Assembly (NCBI GenBank): GCA_016928395.1
Contig: JAFGKV010000147.1
Location: forward strand, 82,977 to 146,976
DNA length: 64,000 nt
DNA from: Candidatus Fermentibacterota bacterium
GTDB taxonomy: Bacteria > JAFGKV01
Direction: 5' to 3'
The position numbers were made by a program, and so were the translations under genes. The notes below the pieces were generated by a model, which worked only from the letters and a program-made list of their open reading frames with translations, was not told the origin of the DNA and ran no database searches. This document shows, piece after piece, positions 1 through 8,411 of the stretch; position 1 is the first letter of the stretch; each line of letters opens with the position of its first letter.

Positions 1-252
1 GTCACGACCTCATTTGGTGCCGAGGGTATCGTTGGAGCTGATGAGGCTGGGCTCATTGCCGACGATTCACAAGGACTTGCGGCGGCAACGCTGCGACTTC
101 TCGAGGATCATGACCTCGCGGTCCGGTTGGGGCGGCGGGGCAGGGAGATCGTTGTGGACCGATACTCGTGGGATGCCAGCGCCGAGGCATTGGAAGGGGT
201 ATGGGAATCGATTCGGGTGATGCGAGGGGAAGGCCATGCCGCCTCTGATTGA
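1..252 (+). CDS. Glycosyltransferase family 1 (GT4-like), C-terminal fragment; gene begins upstream of window
   Basis: Frame +1 reads open from nt 1 to TGA at 250-252. The translation ...GLIADDSQGLAAATLRLLEDHDLAVRLGRRGREIVVDRYSWDASAEAL matches the conserved C-terminal tail of GT4 enzymes. It overlaps the next ATG at 236, which suggests translational coupling. Confidence 0.55.
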   Translation, partial: VTTSFGAEGIVGADEAGLIADDSQGLAAATLRLLEDHDLAVRLGRRGREIVVDRYSWDASAEALEGVWESIRVMRGEGHAASD

Positions 253-1150
253 AGCAGACGACGTCACGTTCCGTTATGGATCCCGAACAGCCCTTGACGG
301 CCTCTCGTTTTCGCTTCCACACGGTGCTACGGGCCTCTTGGGTCCCAACGGCGCGGGGAAGACGACTTTGGTGCGCCTCATCGTGGGACATCTCCCGGTG
401 GGAGTGGGCAAGCTCTGGGTCCAGGGTTTGGATGCGGCCCTGGATTCCTGCGCTCTTCGAGCCACCCTCGGCCTCGCACCCGAAGGCGATGTTCTCGTCC
501 CGGGCTTGAGCGGTGTGGCCTATGTCGCGTACGCCGGTCGGCTGGCCGGCCTCTCCTCCAGGGCGGCAATGGATCGGGCGCACATGGCGCTTCATCACGT
601 GGGGTTGGGGGCTGATCGCTACCGCCGCGTCGAGGAGTACTCCAAAGGCATGCGGCAGAGGCTGAAACTGGCCCAGGCGCTGGTCCATGATCCGTCGTTC
701 CTCATCCTCGATGAGCCTACCGACGGGATGGATCCTGGCGGTCGCGATGAGATGCTGGAGCTGTTGGCAAATCTAGTGGTCGAGCATGGCAAGAACATGC
801 TGCTGTGCACCCATATCCTCGACGATGTGCAGCGAGTGTGTCAGCGGGCCTTGGTGATCTCAAAGGGAAAGGCCATGGGCTGTGTGGAATTGGATCGGGC
901 GGCACGGGGCGTCGACACCTACCAGGTGGTCCTCACTGGCGCGGTACAGGGTTTTGCCGACTCGGTCCGGCAGCATGGAGTGACCATTCGCGTCGACGAT
1001 GAGGGGGAGGGGGACATCAGTATCCCCCAGGGAGAAGTCGATACCGTCATTGCTCTGGGGCGCGAGGCCGGGGTCGAATTCCGTCGGCTCCTTCCCGCCC
1101 GGGAACGTCTCGAAGACCTGTTTGCGCGGTTAGTGCGCACGGAGCCCTGA
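236..1150 (+). CDS. ABC transporter ATP-binding protein
   Basis: Walker A LLGPNGAGKTTL, signature YSKGMRQRL, Walker B LILDEPT. An extra C-terminal domain follows the ATPase core. Confidence 0.85.
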   Translation: MPPLIEADDVTFRYGSRTALDGLSFSLPHGATGLLGPNGAGKTTLVRLIVGHLPVGVGKLWVQGLDAALDSCALRATLGLAPEGDVLVPGLSGVAYVAYAGRLAGLSSRAAMDRAHMALHHVGLGADRYRRVEEYSKGMRQRLKLAQALVHDPSFLILDEPTDGMDPGGRDEMLELLANLVVEHGKNMLLCTHILDDVQRVCQRALVISKGKAMGCVELDRAARGVDTYQVVLTGAVQGFADSVRQHGVTIRVDDEGEGDISIPQGEVDTVIALGREAGVEFRRLLPARERLEDLFARLVRTEP

Positions 1151-1151
1151 C

Positions 1152-1994
1152 ATGTCGGCATACCCATACGAACCCCTGGCGGAAACACCCAGGCCACGGG
1201 CGCCGTGGAGAACCGTATTCTCCATGTATGCCAGGCGGCACATACGCCGCAAGAGTGTCATCATCGTCATCCTGCTCGCCAATATCCCCACGGTGGTGGC
1301 AGCCGTGCTCCTGTACCTTATCGGCCAGGGAAAGCAAATCGGGCCACTGAGCGGTTCGCTTCCCGACGTCAACCTCAAGATGGCGCGCCCCTTTATAGAC
1401 AATTTCCTCACTGCCTCCGCCATCCTTGGCGCCATCATCGGTCCGCCGGCCATCGCCGGGGAGCGCCGAGCCGGAGGGGTGCTCTTTCACCTGCTGCGAC
1501 CCATGACGGCCCGCCACCTGGTAACCGGGCATTGGATGGCGGTTTCGTCGGTGCTGTGCGCCACGGGTCTGGTGCCCGTGATGGCGCTGTTTCTCTTTGC
1601 ACGGCTGGTTCTCCCCGTAAGCCTCCTGGCGTCGCTGCCCTGGGCGGCGGGCCTACGAGTCATAGGGTTCGGCCTTGGAATGGCTGCCCTCATCGGCGTG
1701 GTGGTGATCTCCATCTCCGCGGTGGCTGGCAGCAGCCGCGGCGCCCTGATGCTGTGGCTTCTGCTGTACTTCGGCAGCAAATTCGCCATGGACGTACTCA
1801 CTATGGCCAAGGTGGGCCGGATCGTTCGATGTCTCAGCCTGCCTGATCTGCTCAAGCAGGCTGCGACATACATTCTGGAGGGGAGCCCCCGGTACGAGGG
1901 ATGCGGCCCGTGGTGGCTCGCTGCCATGGCTTTGGTGGTGGGCGGGGCCATTGTCGGCCTTTTGCGAGGGGTGTCGGCGGTTGAACGTGTCTGA
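1152..1994 (+). CDS. ABC-2 family transporter permease
   Basis: 280 aa, strongly hydrophobic with about 6 predicted TM segments. Start lies 1 nt after the upstream stop, between two ABC ATPase genes. Confidence 0.75.
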   Translation: MSAYPYEPLAETPRPRAPWRTVFSMYARRHIRRKSVIIVILLANIPTVVAAVLLYLIGQGKQIGPLSGSLPDVNLKMARPFIDNFLTASAILGAIIGPPAIAGERRAGGVLFHLLRPMTARHLVTGHWMAVSSVLCATGLVPVMALFLFARLVLPVSLLASLPWAAGLRVIGFGLGMAALIGVVVISISAVAGSSRGALMLWLLLYFGSKFAMDVLTMAKVGRIVRCLSLPDLLKQAATYILEGSPRYEGCGPWWLAAMALVVGGAIVGLLRGVSAVERV

Positions 1995-2916
1995 GCCTGC
2001 CGTGAGCCTGGCCGGGGTATCGAAGTGGTACGGCGAGGTGCTGGGTGTCAGCGGGGTGACGTTGGATCTACCTGCCGGCGGCGTCATCGGACTTCTGGGT
2101 CCCAATGGGGCAGGCAAGAGCACCCTCATGGGCATTATCAGCGGTCTTTTGATGCCCTCGGCGGGCACCGCGCGGGTATTCGGGCTCGATCCACGATCGT
2201 CGCCTGAGGTCCGAGCTCATGTTGGGCTGTGTCCAGAGGGGGATGCGTTTTTTCCCGGCATGACCTGCCTTGAGTTCATGGTGTACTTGGGCCGATTATC
2301 AGGTTTGAGCGCGACGGTCAGCAGAGCGCGATCCCGGGATCTGCTGGAAGCGCTGGGCCTGAGTGAGTTCGTGAATCGGGAGCCCCGCCGCATGAGCAAA
2401 GGCGAGCGGCAGCGGGTCAAGCTGGCCCAGGCCTTGCTTCACGAGCCAGCCCTCCTCCTGTTGGACGAGCCACTGTCGGGAATGGATCCTCTTGTACGGA
2501 TTGACATCACTGCCCGCATTCGCGAGTTGGGCTCCCGGGGCGTCACCGCCGTGGTGTCGAGTCACATCCTGTCAGAAGTAGAAGCCATGACCTCAACGGT
2601 GGTGGTGATCAGCGCCGGCAAGGTCGTAGCCAGCGGTACTGTTGCGGATATTCGCGCCATGTTGCACCGATTCCCCCATATGATCAGAGTGACCTGCAGC
2701 CGGCCGGCGACCCTGGCCAAGGAACTGCTAGACGGCCCAGGGGTCGTCGGTTTGGAGCTGGGAGAGGAGGGCATCATGGTGCGCACTACCGAGCCTTTGC
2801 GTTTCTATGCCCACCTGAACGATGCCATTGCCCGGATTCGACCCGGAGTTGAGGGGTTTCATGCTGAGGACCAGGATCTGGCCTCGGTGTTCAAGTACCT
2901 CGTACCGGGGCAGTAG
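1987..2916 (+). CDS. ABC transporter ATP-binding protein (second ATPase of the system)
   Basis: LLGPNGAGKSTLMG, MSKGERQRVKLAQAL, LLLDEPLSGMDP. Likely GTG start at 1987 overlapping the permease stop (GTGTCTGA); the ORF track gives TTG at 1951. Confidence 0.85.
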   Translation: MSEPAVSLAGVSKWYGEVLGVSGVTLDLPAGGVIGLLGPNGAGKSTLMGIISGLLMPSAGTARVFGLDPRSSPEVRAHVGLCPEGDAFFPGMTCLEFMVYLGRLSGLSATVSRARSRDLLEALGLSEFVNREPRRMSKGERQRVKLAQALLHEPALLLLDEPLSGMDPLVRIDITARIRELGSRGVTAVVSSHILSEVEAMTSTVVVISAGKVVASGTVADIRAMLHRFPHMIRVTCSRPATLAKELLDGPGVVGLELGEEGIMVRTTEPLRFYAHLNDAIARIRPGVEGFHAEDQDLASVFKYLVPGQ

Positions 2917-2973
2917 AAGAGGCTCCCGCACCATCGGGTGAGATTCCATGGCGTGGCAGGAGGAGGATGAAAC

Positions 2974-3261
2974 ATGAGCCGCGCTCCCCTGTTGGCAATG
3001 GGCGCGCTACTGGGATTCGTCATGCTGGTGGCTGGCGCTTTGGGGTGGTCTCCCTGGCGGCATGAGCCGGTGGCGCCGACGCCCGCCGTGGATGCGTTCT
3101 CGCCCGAGCTTGTCCTCCCTGCGGTGCCGAAGGACTCCGTGACTGTCGACGCTGACCAGGCACCGCCTGATACCGCTGAAGCACCGAGCCCGGCTCCCGA
3201 CGAACCCCTGGAGCAGCCCGACTCACTGTCGCGTCCTTTCGCGGCCTCTGATTCCATATAG
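2974..3261 (+). CDS. Hypothetical small membrane-anchored protein with Pro/acidic-rich tail
   Basis: RBS AGGAGGAGGA precedes the ATG. N-terminal hydrophobic segment LLAMGALLGFVMLVAGALGW, then a low-complexity Pro/Asp/Glu-rich tail. No recognisable domain. Confidence 0.5.
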   Translation: MSRAPLLAMGALLGFVMLVAGALGWSPWRHEPVAPTPAVDAFSPELVLPAVPKDSVTVDADQAPPDTAEAPSPAPDEPLEQPDSLSRPFAASDSI

Positions 3262-3291
3262 GACACGTCCGATATAGGACGTGTCCTATAC
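3258..3291. terminator. Perfect inverted repeat (14-bp arms, 6-nt loop) immediately after the small ORF; possible terminator or protein-binding palindrome
   Basis: tataggacacgtcc-gatata-ggacgtgtcctata, and the arm itself contains the palindrome ggacacgtcc. No downstream T-tract. Confidence 0.4.
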
Positions 3292-3960
3292 AGTGTGGGT
3301 CAGGAATTGATCCCCTTCACCATCGTTCCATGGTGCCGACCGTGAACTGCGAACGGTGAAGACGAACGGGAGCCATGTTTATCACAGAGTTGCAGAGGGC
3401 ACCGAGAGGAAGGCAGGTACAGAGGGTCGCCTCAGCACGAAGCGCGAAACGAGGAGGCGCGGTTGATGAGCGTCACTGGATGCTGGGGCTCCAACAGGCC
3501 CGCCCGCAGCCTGTGGTGCGGGCCAGGCTCTGTGGGAAATCCGAAGCACGCTCAGCACCTGCCGATGCAGGCCAAGGCGCGAACAGGAGGCAGGTGTTGG
3601 GTTACGCTGGCGCTAACCCCAACCTACATTTCTGCGGGAGCAAGCTCCCGCGAAACAAAGCGCACGCATGCTTGCGCACTCCACAGAGCGCCCTGCTCGA
3701 TGTATCGGAAGAGATCGCGAGGACTACCAGGGAATCCTCTGATCGGCGATTTCGAGATATTTCACGCCGGCGTCGACATCAAAGGGCTTGTGGTCGACCG
3801 CCCCAGGCTGTAGCCCCGGCGCTCTGCGCCGGGTGGCACGCCGCAGAGCGGCGTGGCTGCAACACGCCGTCCTCTCAGCCGCGAAAACCCTGAGTCCCTT
3901 CGCACTGAAAGGCTGAACTGGACCCCGAACCCTGAGCCTGCTCGCGAAGCGAGCCATCCA

Positions 3961-5154
3961 TCATTCCATCATTCCATCATTTCTTCCCTCCAGGAAGGCG
4001 CACAGCTCTGTCGTTGCTTCGACGAAGCGGGGCCAGGAGTAGCGCTGCTCAACCAGGCTACGGCCATTGGAGCCAAGACGGGCGGCGAGGTCGGCATCAC
4101 CGAGGACTCGCAGGATGCCCGATGCGAGTGCCGTGGGCTCCGCAGGCACGAGTACCGCGGTATCGGAGCTCAGGACCTGGGTGTGGGTGGCCAGATCCGT
4201 GGCAACGATGGGCTTTCCTGACTGGAGATAGGAGTAGATCTTCAAGGGCGTGTTCTGCCCAACCAGCCGCGGCGACACCAACACCGATGCCAACTCCATG
4301 AATGCAGGCATCTCGTCGGGCGGGCGCTGGCCGGTCAAACGCACATGGTCGCCCAATCTCATCCGCTCTGCCCTGGAGTGAAATTCCGCGACCTGACCCG
4401 GCTCTCCGCCGACCAGCACGAACATGGCTCGCGGGTGGCGGGCGAGCACCTGCGGAACAGCCTCCATAAGGAGATCCAGCCCCTGGTTCACCTCGAACGT
4501 GCCGGTATACAGGACGACGTCTCTTCCCTTCACGCCCAGGCTTGTCCTGAGGACGCGGGCACTGGTCACGACGTCAGGGCCGGGTGGCTCGCACACTGGT
4601 GGGTTCTCGATCAGAAAGACCCGCTTCTCTGGGTCGATCTTACGGACTACCCGTTCCAGCCAAGGACACACCACGATCACCGCCGCACTGTGTCGCACGA
4701 TCCAGGCCTCCGTTCGTCGGGCCAGGGTCACCAGCGACCGGGGCTTGGTGAACCGGTAGTTTTCCAGCTGCTGCGGCAGGCTCGAGTGCATATCATAGAT
4801 ATGCGGAACCCCGAGCAGCATGGCGACGACGACCCCGATGATGCCGCCTTCTTCGTGAGAATCCACCACATCTACCCTTCCCACCTGGGGAAGCGCAGCC
4901 ACGACGCGGAGGGCAAGGAGGAAGTCCAGGGGAAACTTGATCCACGATGGGCCGATGGGCACGCTTCGTATCGGCGGCAGGGGAGGGCTTCGGAAGACTC
5001 TCACCCCCGGTAGTTCCACCCGCTGGCCGATGGCATAGGTGATCAGGTCCACCGTGTGTCCGAGATGGGTGAGTGCCCGCAATCGTTCCCGGATACTGAA
5101 CGGGGTGCCGCGAAACTGGAAATAGGGCTGGGGCGCGATCATGAGTATGCGCAC
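3961..5154 (-). CDS. Glycosyltransferase family 4 (GT1 group 1)
   Basis: MRILMIAPQPYFQFRGTPFSIRERLRALTHLGHTVDL...; C-terminal GT4 donor-binding region (FEVNQGLDLLMEA...LVSPRLVGQNTPLKIYSYLQSGKPIVATD). Confidence 0.85.
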   Translation of the reverse strand: MRILMIAPQPYFQFRGTPFSIRERLRALTHLGHTVDLITYAIGQRVELPGVRVFRSPPLPPIRSVPIGPSWIKFPLDFLLALRVVAALPQVGRVDVVDSHEEGGIIGVVVAMLLGVPHIYDMHSSLPQQLENYRFTKPRSLVTLARRTEAWIVRHSAAVIVVCPWLERVVRKIDPEKRVFLIENPPVCEPPGPDVVTSARVLRTSLGVKGRDVVLYTGTFEVNQGLDLLMEAVPQVLARHPRAMFVLVGGEPGQVAEFHSRAERMRLGDHVRLTGQRPPDEMPAFMELASVLVSPRLVGQNTPLKIYSYLQSGKPIVATDLATHTQVLSSDTAVLVPAEPTALASGILRVLGDADLAARLGSNGRSLVEQRYSWPRFVEATTELCAFLEGRNDGMME

Positions 5155-5190
5155 GCGCCCCAGCTCCTTTCGCAGTCGATACGGCCGAGC

Positions 5191-6291
5191 CTACTCCAGC
5201 TCAGCCTTGAACCTTCTCAGGATCTCGAGGGCCTCGGATCCCGGCACATTGTCCATGACGCCGAACGCGCCATCCATCTTGCCCTTCATGATTCCCCGGG
5301 CCGTCATGAGCCGCACGGGGTTGTAGTAGGGGCTTTGGGGCGACAGATCCGAGAAGTCGGCCTTGGTCTCGCCGACGTACTTCGTCTCCAGGGAAGGATC
5401 CCGGAAGGCCTCCACGAGTATTCGCTGCATGACCATGGCCAGCTCTGCCCTCGGTAGCGTCTCGTCGGGAATGAATGAGCCATCCGGCGCCACATCAAGG
5501 ATTCCGCAGGAGAGCACCTTCTCGGCGAACCCGCGGGCCCACGATCCCACCAGATCGGGAGGCGTTGCCACATCCGACATGCGATGGCGGTAGATGCGGT
5601 CTAGCGGAAGAAGCTCCACCAGCACGCCGGAGAGCTCGGCCTTGGTGATCGCCGGGGATACCGCGACTTTACGCATGACCTCTGACTGGCCGGCGGTGGC
5701 CCTGCGAATCTCCTGAAGGCGTTCCCACGCTTCGGAGGCCTTGAGGAACTTGGGATCGATCTCCAGGGCCTTGGCATAGCTGGCTTCGGCGGCATCGGTC
5801 AGGTTCTGCTTCTCCTGCACGGCTGCCTTGTAGAACCACGCAAACTTGTACGCCTCGGGCTGGGGTTTGCCGTCTCTGCTTGTGGTGTCCAGAGCCTTGT
5901 CGAACTGCTTCACGGCATCATCGAGCTTGCCCTGGGCCGCCTTCACTCTGCCCAAGCCGACCCTGGCCATGGCGTAGCGGCCGTCCTGGTCGAGTGACTC
6001 GTCCATTTCCTTCTCGGCCTTCTCCAACTCGCCACGCTCAAGATGCACCAGGCCCAGGCCTTCGTGGGCAGGCGCGTAGGGCCGCTTGGCGGTCTTGGCC
6101 AGATCCCGCGAGCGGACAAACATGTCCCCCGCAAGGTCCGGCTTGCCGGTGTTCAGGTAGTCCATACCCTGGCGGTACGCGCCCTCGGGCGTATCCAAGA
6201 CACTCACCGGTTTGAGCTGCTTGCCGCCGCCGCAGGCGACGAGCAGCGACGCTGCCAAGAGCATCACGACATACACGGGTCTCATTCGCAC
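5191..6291 (-). CDS. TPR-repeat lipoprotein with two C-terminal SLH (S-layer homology) domains
   Basis: Lipobox LLVAC|GGG. TPR-like repeats (AYRQGMDYLNTGKPDLA..., AYKFAWFYKAAVQE...). Two SLH-like modules (MSDVATPPDLVGSWARGFAEKVLSCGILDVAPDGSFIPDETLPRAELAMVM and FSDLSPQSPYYNPVRLMTARGIMKGKMDGAFGVMDNV). Confidence 0.75.
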   Translation of the reverse strand: MRMRPVYVVMLLAASLLVACGGGKQLKPVSVLDTPEGAYRQGMDYLNTGKPDLAGDMFVRSRDLAKTAKRPYAPAHEGLGLVHLERGELEKAEKEMDESLDQDGRYAMARVGLGRVKAAQGKLDDAVKQFDKALDTTSRDGKPQPEAYKFAWFYKAAVQEKQNLTDAAEASYAKALEIDPKFLKASEAWERLQEIRRATAGQSEVMRKVAVSPAITKAELSGVLVELLPLDRIYRHRMSDVATPPDLVGSWARGFAEKVLSCGILDVAPDGSFIPDETLPRAELAMVMQRILVEAFRDPSLETKYVGETKADFSDLSPQSPYYNPVRLMTARGIMKGKMDGAFGVMDNVPGSEALEILRRFKAELE

Positions 6292-6296
6292 CTCCT

Positions 6297-7427
6297 CTAT
6301 CGCCTCTCGGCTGCGACGACGATCTTCCTGTCATCCATGGTCGTCAGCCGGAACTCGGAATGCCGATCGATCCCAGTTGCCAGATACACGAGCTTCTCGG
6401 GGTAGTGGAGCGTAACAGTGCCTCCCCCATTCTTAAACACGCCGGGTTCCACGCCTTCCACCCACCGCTGCTTCTCCACCAGGTTCACCAGCTTGCGGAA
6501 CGATGCCATGTCGGGCAGGTCGGCCGCTTCGACGGTCACGGTCTGCATCTTCTGAACCAGGTACTCGGAGTTCATCCACGCCATGACTTTGGCCACCATC
6601 TGAGGGGCAGCCCTGATGAGGGCCTTTTCGCTGGCATCAATGGGGTCTTGACCGAAGTCTTTGACGCGCTGGAGCTGTTCCTGGCCGATGATGCGGCCGG
6701 TTTCCACTTCGACCATGCGGCAGGTAACCCTGGCATGGGCCGACGGCAATGAGATGTCAGACGCATACTCTGTCGTGTTCTCGTGAACCGTGGTGCGGGA
6801 CGTGCCTTTGATGACCAGATTCGACAGGAAGCGCAAGCCGATCACCTGGGCTTCTTCCACGTCACCCTTGATGCGGGACAGCTCCGAGTCACGGCGTCTC
6901 AGCTCAGTGATCTGTTCGCGATCCCGCACGTCGTAGCCGGCATTCACCAGCGCCTCGACTACTTCGCTTTCCACCAGTGGGTCGGGCACCGTCTCGCCGG
7001 CCATATCCTCGTCGATCTGGACGACCACGGTCATGTTGGCGGTCAGATTGCTCTTGATCCCCGTCTCCAGGGAGGCCTTGTCCACTGTTGCCGAGATCTT
7101 GACCTTGTAAAGCCCTGCGGCTGCGTCGGGACCCTCCTCGAGGATCTTGTAGGCGGTGATCAGACCGGAGGATGTATTGCGCACCGTGGCTGCCAGGAGC
7201 AACTCGTTCTGCACCAAAGTTTCGGCATCCACCAGAACGCCGACTGCCTGCTCCAGGGCACGGACCCTGGCATCGATGATAGCCTCGTCCCGCGCCTGGG
7301 CGATGTCGCCCGAGAGGATGGTGCCAACTCCCTCGGCCTCGACGATCTCCGCTCGAGAGATAGAGGCCGTCGTGAGCACCAGCAGCGCCAGAACGGAACG
7401 CGAAGCCCTATCCCACCACGAAGACAA
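6297..7427 (-). CDS. Secreted FlgT-like protein: LPP20/FlgT_N-type N-domain plus TolB-N/CsgG-like middle domain
   Basis: Signal peptide. N-domain AEGVGTILSGDIAQARDEAIIDARVRALEQAVGVLVDAETLVQNELLLAATVRNTSSGLITAYKIL...GLYKVKISATV fits the LPP20/FlgT_N pattern. Middle region VVVQIDEDMAG...VTCRMVEVETGRIIGQ is TolB-N-like. Confidence 0.65.
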   Translation of the reverse strand: MSSWWDRASRSVLALLVLTTASISRAEIVEAEGVGTILSGDIAQARDEAIIDARVRALEQAVGVLVDAETLVQNELLLAATVRNTSSGLITAYKILEEGPDAAAGLYKVKISATVDKASLETGIKSNLTANMTVVVQIDEDMAGETVPDPLVESEVVEALVNAGYDVRDREQITELRRRDSELSRIKGDVEEAQVIGLRFLSNLVIKGTSRTTVHENTTEYASDISLPSAHARVTCRMVEVETGRIIGQEQLQRVKDFGQDPIDASEKALIRAAPQMVAKVMAWMNSEYLVQKMQTVTVEAADLPDMASFRKLVNLVEKQRWVEGVEPGVFKNGGGTVTLHYPEKLVYLATGIDRHSEFRLTTMDDRKIVVAAERR

Positions 7428-8310
7428 CTCGGCACTCCTTGAGGAAGTCGCTCTTCATGTTGGCAGCCACCACGCGTGCGGCATCATCCGTGGAGAGCAG
7501 CACATCGGCGGAATAGGCGCCACCGGTGGCAACGGCCCGAACCACAAGCGGGCTCTCGCCCACGCGCTCTTTGAGCGCCGTCGCCTTGGCGACGGTGTCG
7601 GTGTAGCCTACAACGCCGAAGCGAACGGCTGCGGCCCGGTCCATGTTGACGCGGCCATACAACTCTTCGTCACGGCCTTGCACCAGCACGCGCGGCGCCA
7701 TCGTCGGCTTCACGCCCAAACCTGAGGCGTCTACAATGAGGCCGGAAGCGGGTGGAACGTCGGAGGGTGCAGAGTCGCCCACGGTGAATAGCTTTGGCGC
7801 CGCCGCCTGAGTTCGTCGCTGCAGCCAGGGCACCACCGCCGATGAGAGGCCCTTTTCACCCGTGAGTACGATACCGACGGTCATCTCAACCCACACGGAT
7901 CCATCCTCGAACTCGGTTCGCTCCATGGCGACTTCCCGGGCGCCTTTGATGAGGCCCTCGGTGGAAGATTTCAACTGCACGTCCTGGTGAACCTCATTGG
8001 CGAACAGATTGTCGGCGTCGATGCGCACACCGTAGATGATCTCTGCCAGTTTCTCAAAGGCCAGATGCCGGGCGGTCTTCAGGGCCATGGCATAGCATTG
8101 TGCCTTAGACTTTGCCCTCTCGACATTGCAGGTGCCACCGGCGGTGACTTCAAGGTACCCGTTCTCCCAGTTGACGCGGCTCTTGTAGTCTTCGGCGATG
8201 GTCCGCTCCTCCAACGCGGCCTTGGCACTCTGCTCGTCTTCCCACCAACGGGTCTGGGCAGAGACCACAGCAGCACTCGCCAACATGAGCGCGATGATCG
8301 ATTTCACCAT
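7408..8310 (-). CDS. LPP20/FlgP-like periplasmic protein with uncharacterised C-terminal domain (paralog of the 8412-10982 C-terminus)
   Basis: Start at MVKSIIALMLASAAVVSAQ with RBS AAGGAAGG; the ORF track extends it to 8382. NWENGYLEVTAGGTCNVERAKSKAQCYAMALKTARHLAFEKLAEIIYGVRIDADNLFANE...DGSVWVEMTV fits LPP20. C-terminal GLIVDASGLGVKP...PLVVRAV...FLKECRVVFVV is shared with the next gene. Confidence 0.65.
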   Translation of the reverse strand: MVKSIIALMLASAAVVSAQTRWWEDEQSAKAALEERTIAEDYKSRVNWENGYLEVTAGGTCNVERAKSKAQCYAMALKTARHLAFEKLAEIIYGVRIDADNLFANEVHQDVQLKSSTEGLIKGAREVAMERTEFEDGSVWVEMTVGIVLTGEKGLSSAVVPWLQRRTQAAAPKLFTVGDSAPSDVPPASGLIVDASGLGVKPTMAPRVLVQGRDEELYGRVNMDRAAAVRFGVVGYTDTVAKATALKERVGESPLVVRAVATGGAYSADVLLSTDDAARVVAANMKSDFLKECRVVFVVG

Positions 8311-8411
8311 ACCACCTTCCTTTCGATAGGGCGATCCAGACACAGCGCCAGAACCCTGGCACTCGCCGGGCTCGCATACCATTCGATTCCCACGGCGACG
8401 CGCCTATGGAT

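Noticed and set aside
53-688. 211-aa minus-strand ORF at the window start
   Set aside because: It is entirely antisense to the well-supported ABC ATPase gene. Its product is Arg/Pro-rich, the typical high-GC antisense artefact.
3375-3893. 172-aa and 116-aa plus-strand ORFs in the hairpin-rich gap
   Set aside because: Arg-rich, with no RBS. They overlap multiple strong hairpins, so this region is more likely non-coding or structured RNA. A short C-terminal stretch looks mildly protein-like, so this is not fully excluded.
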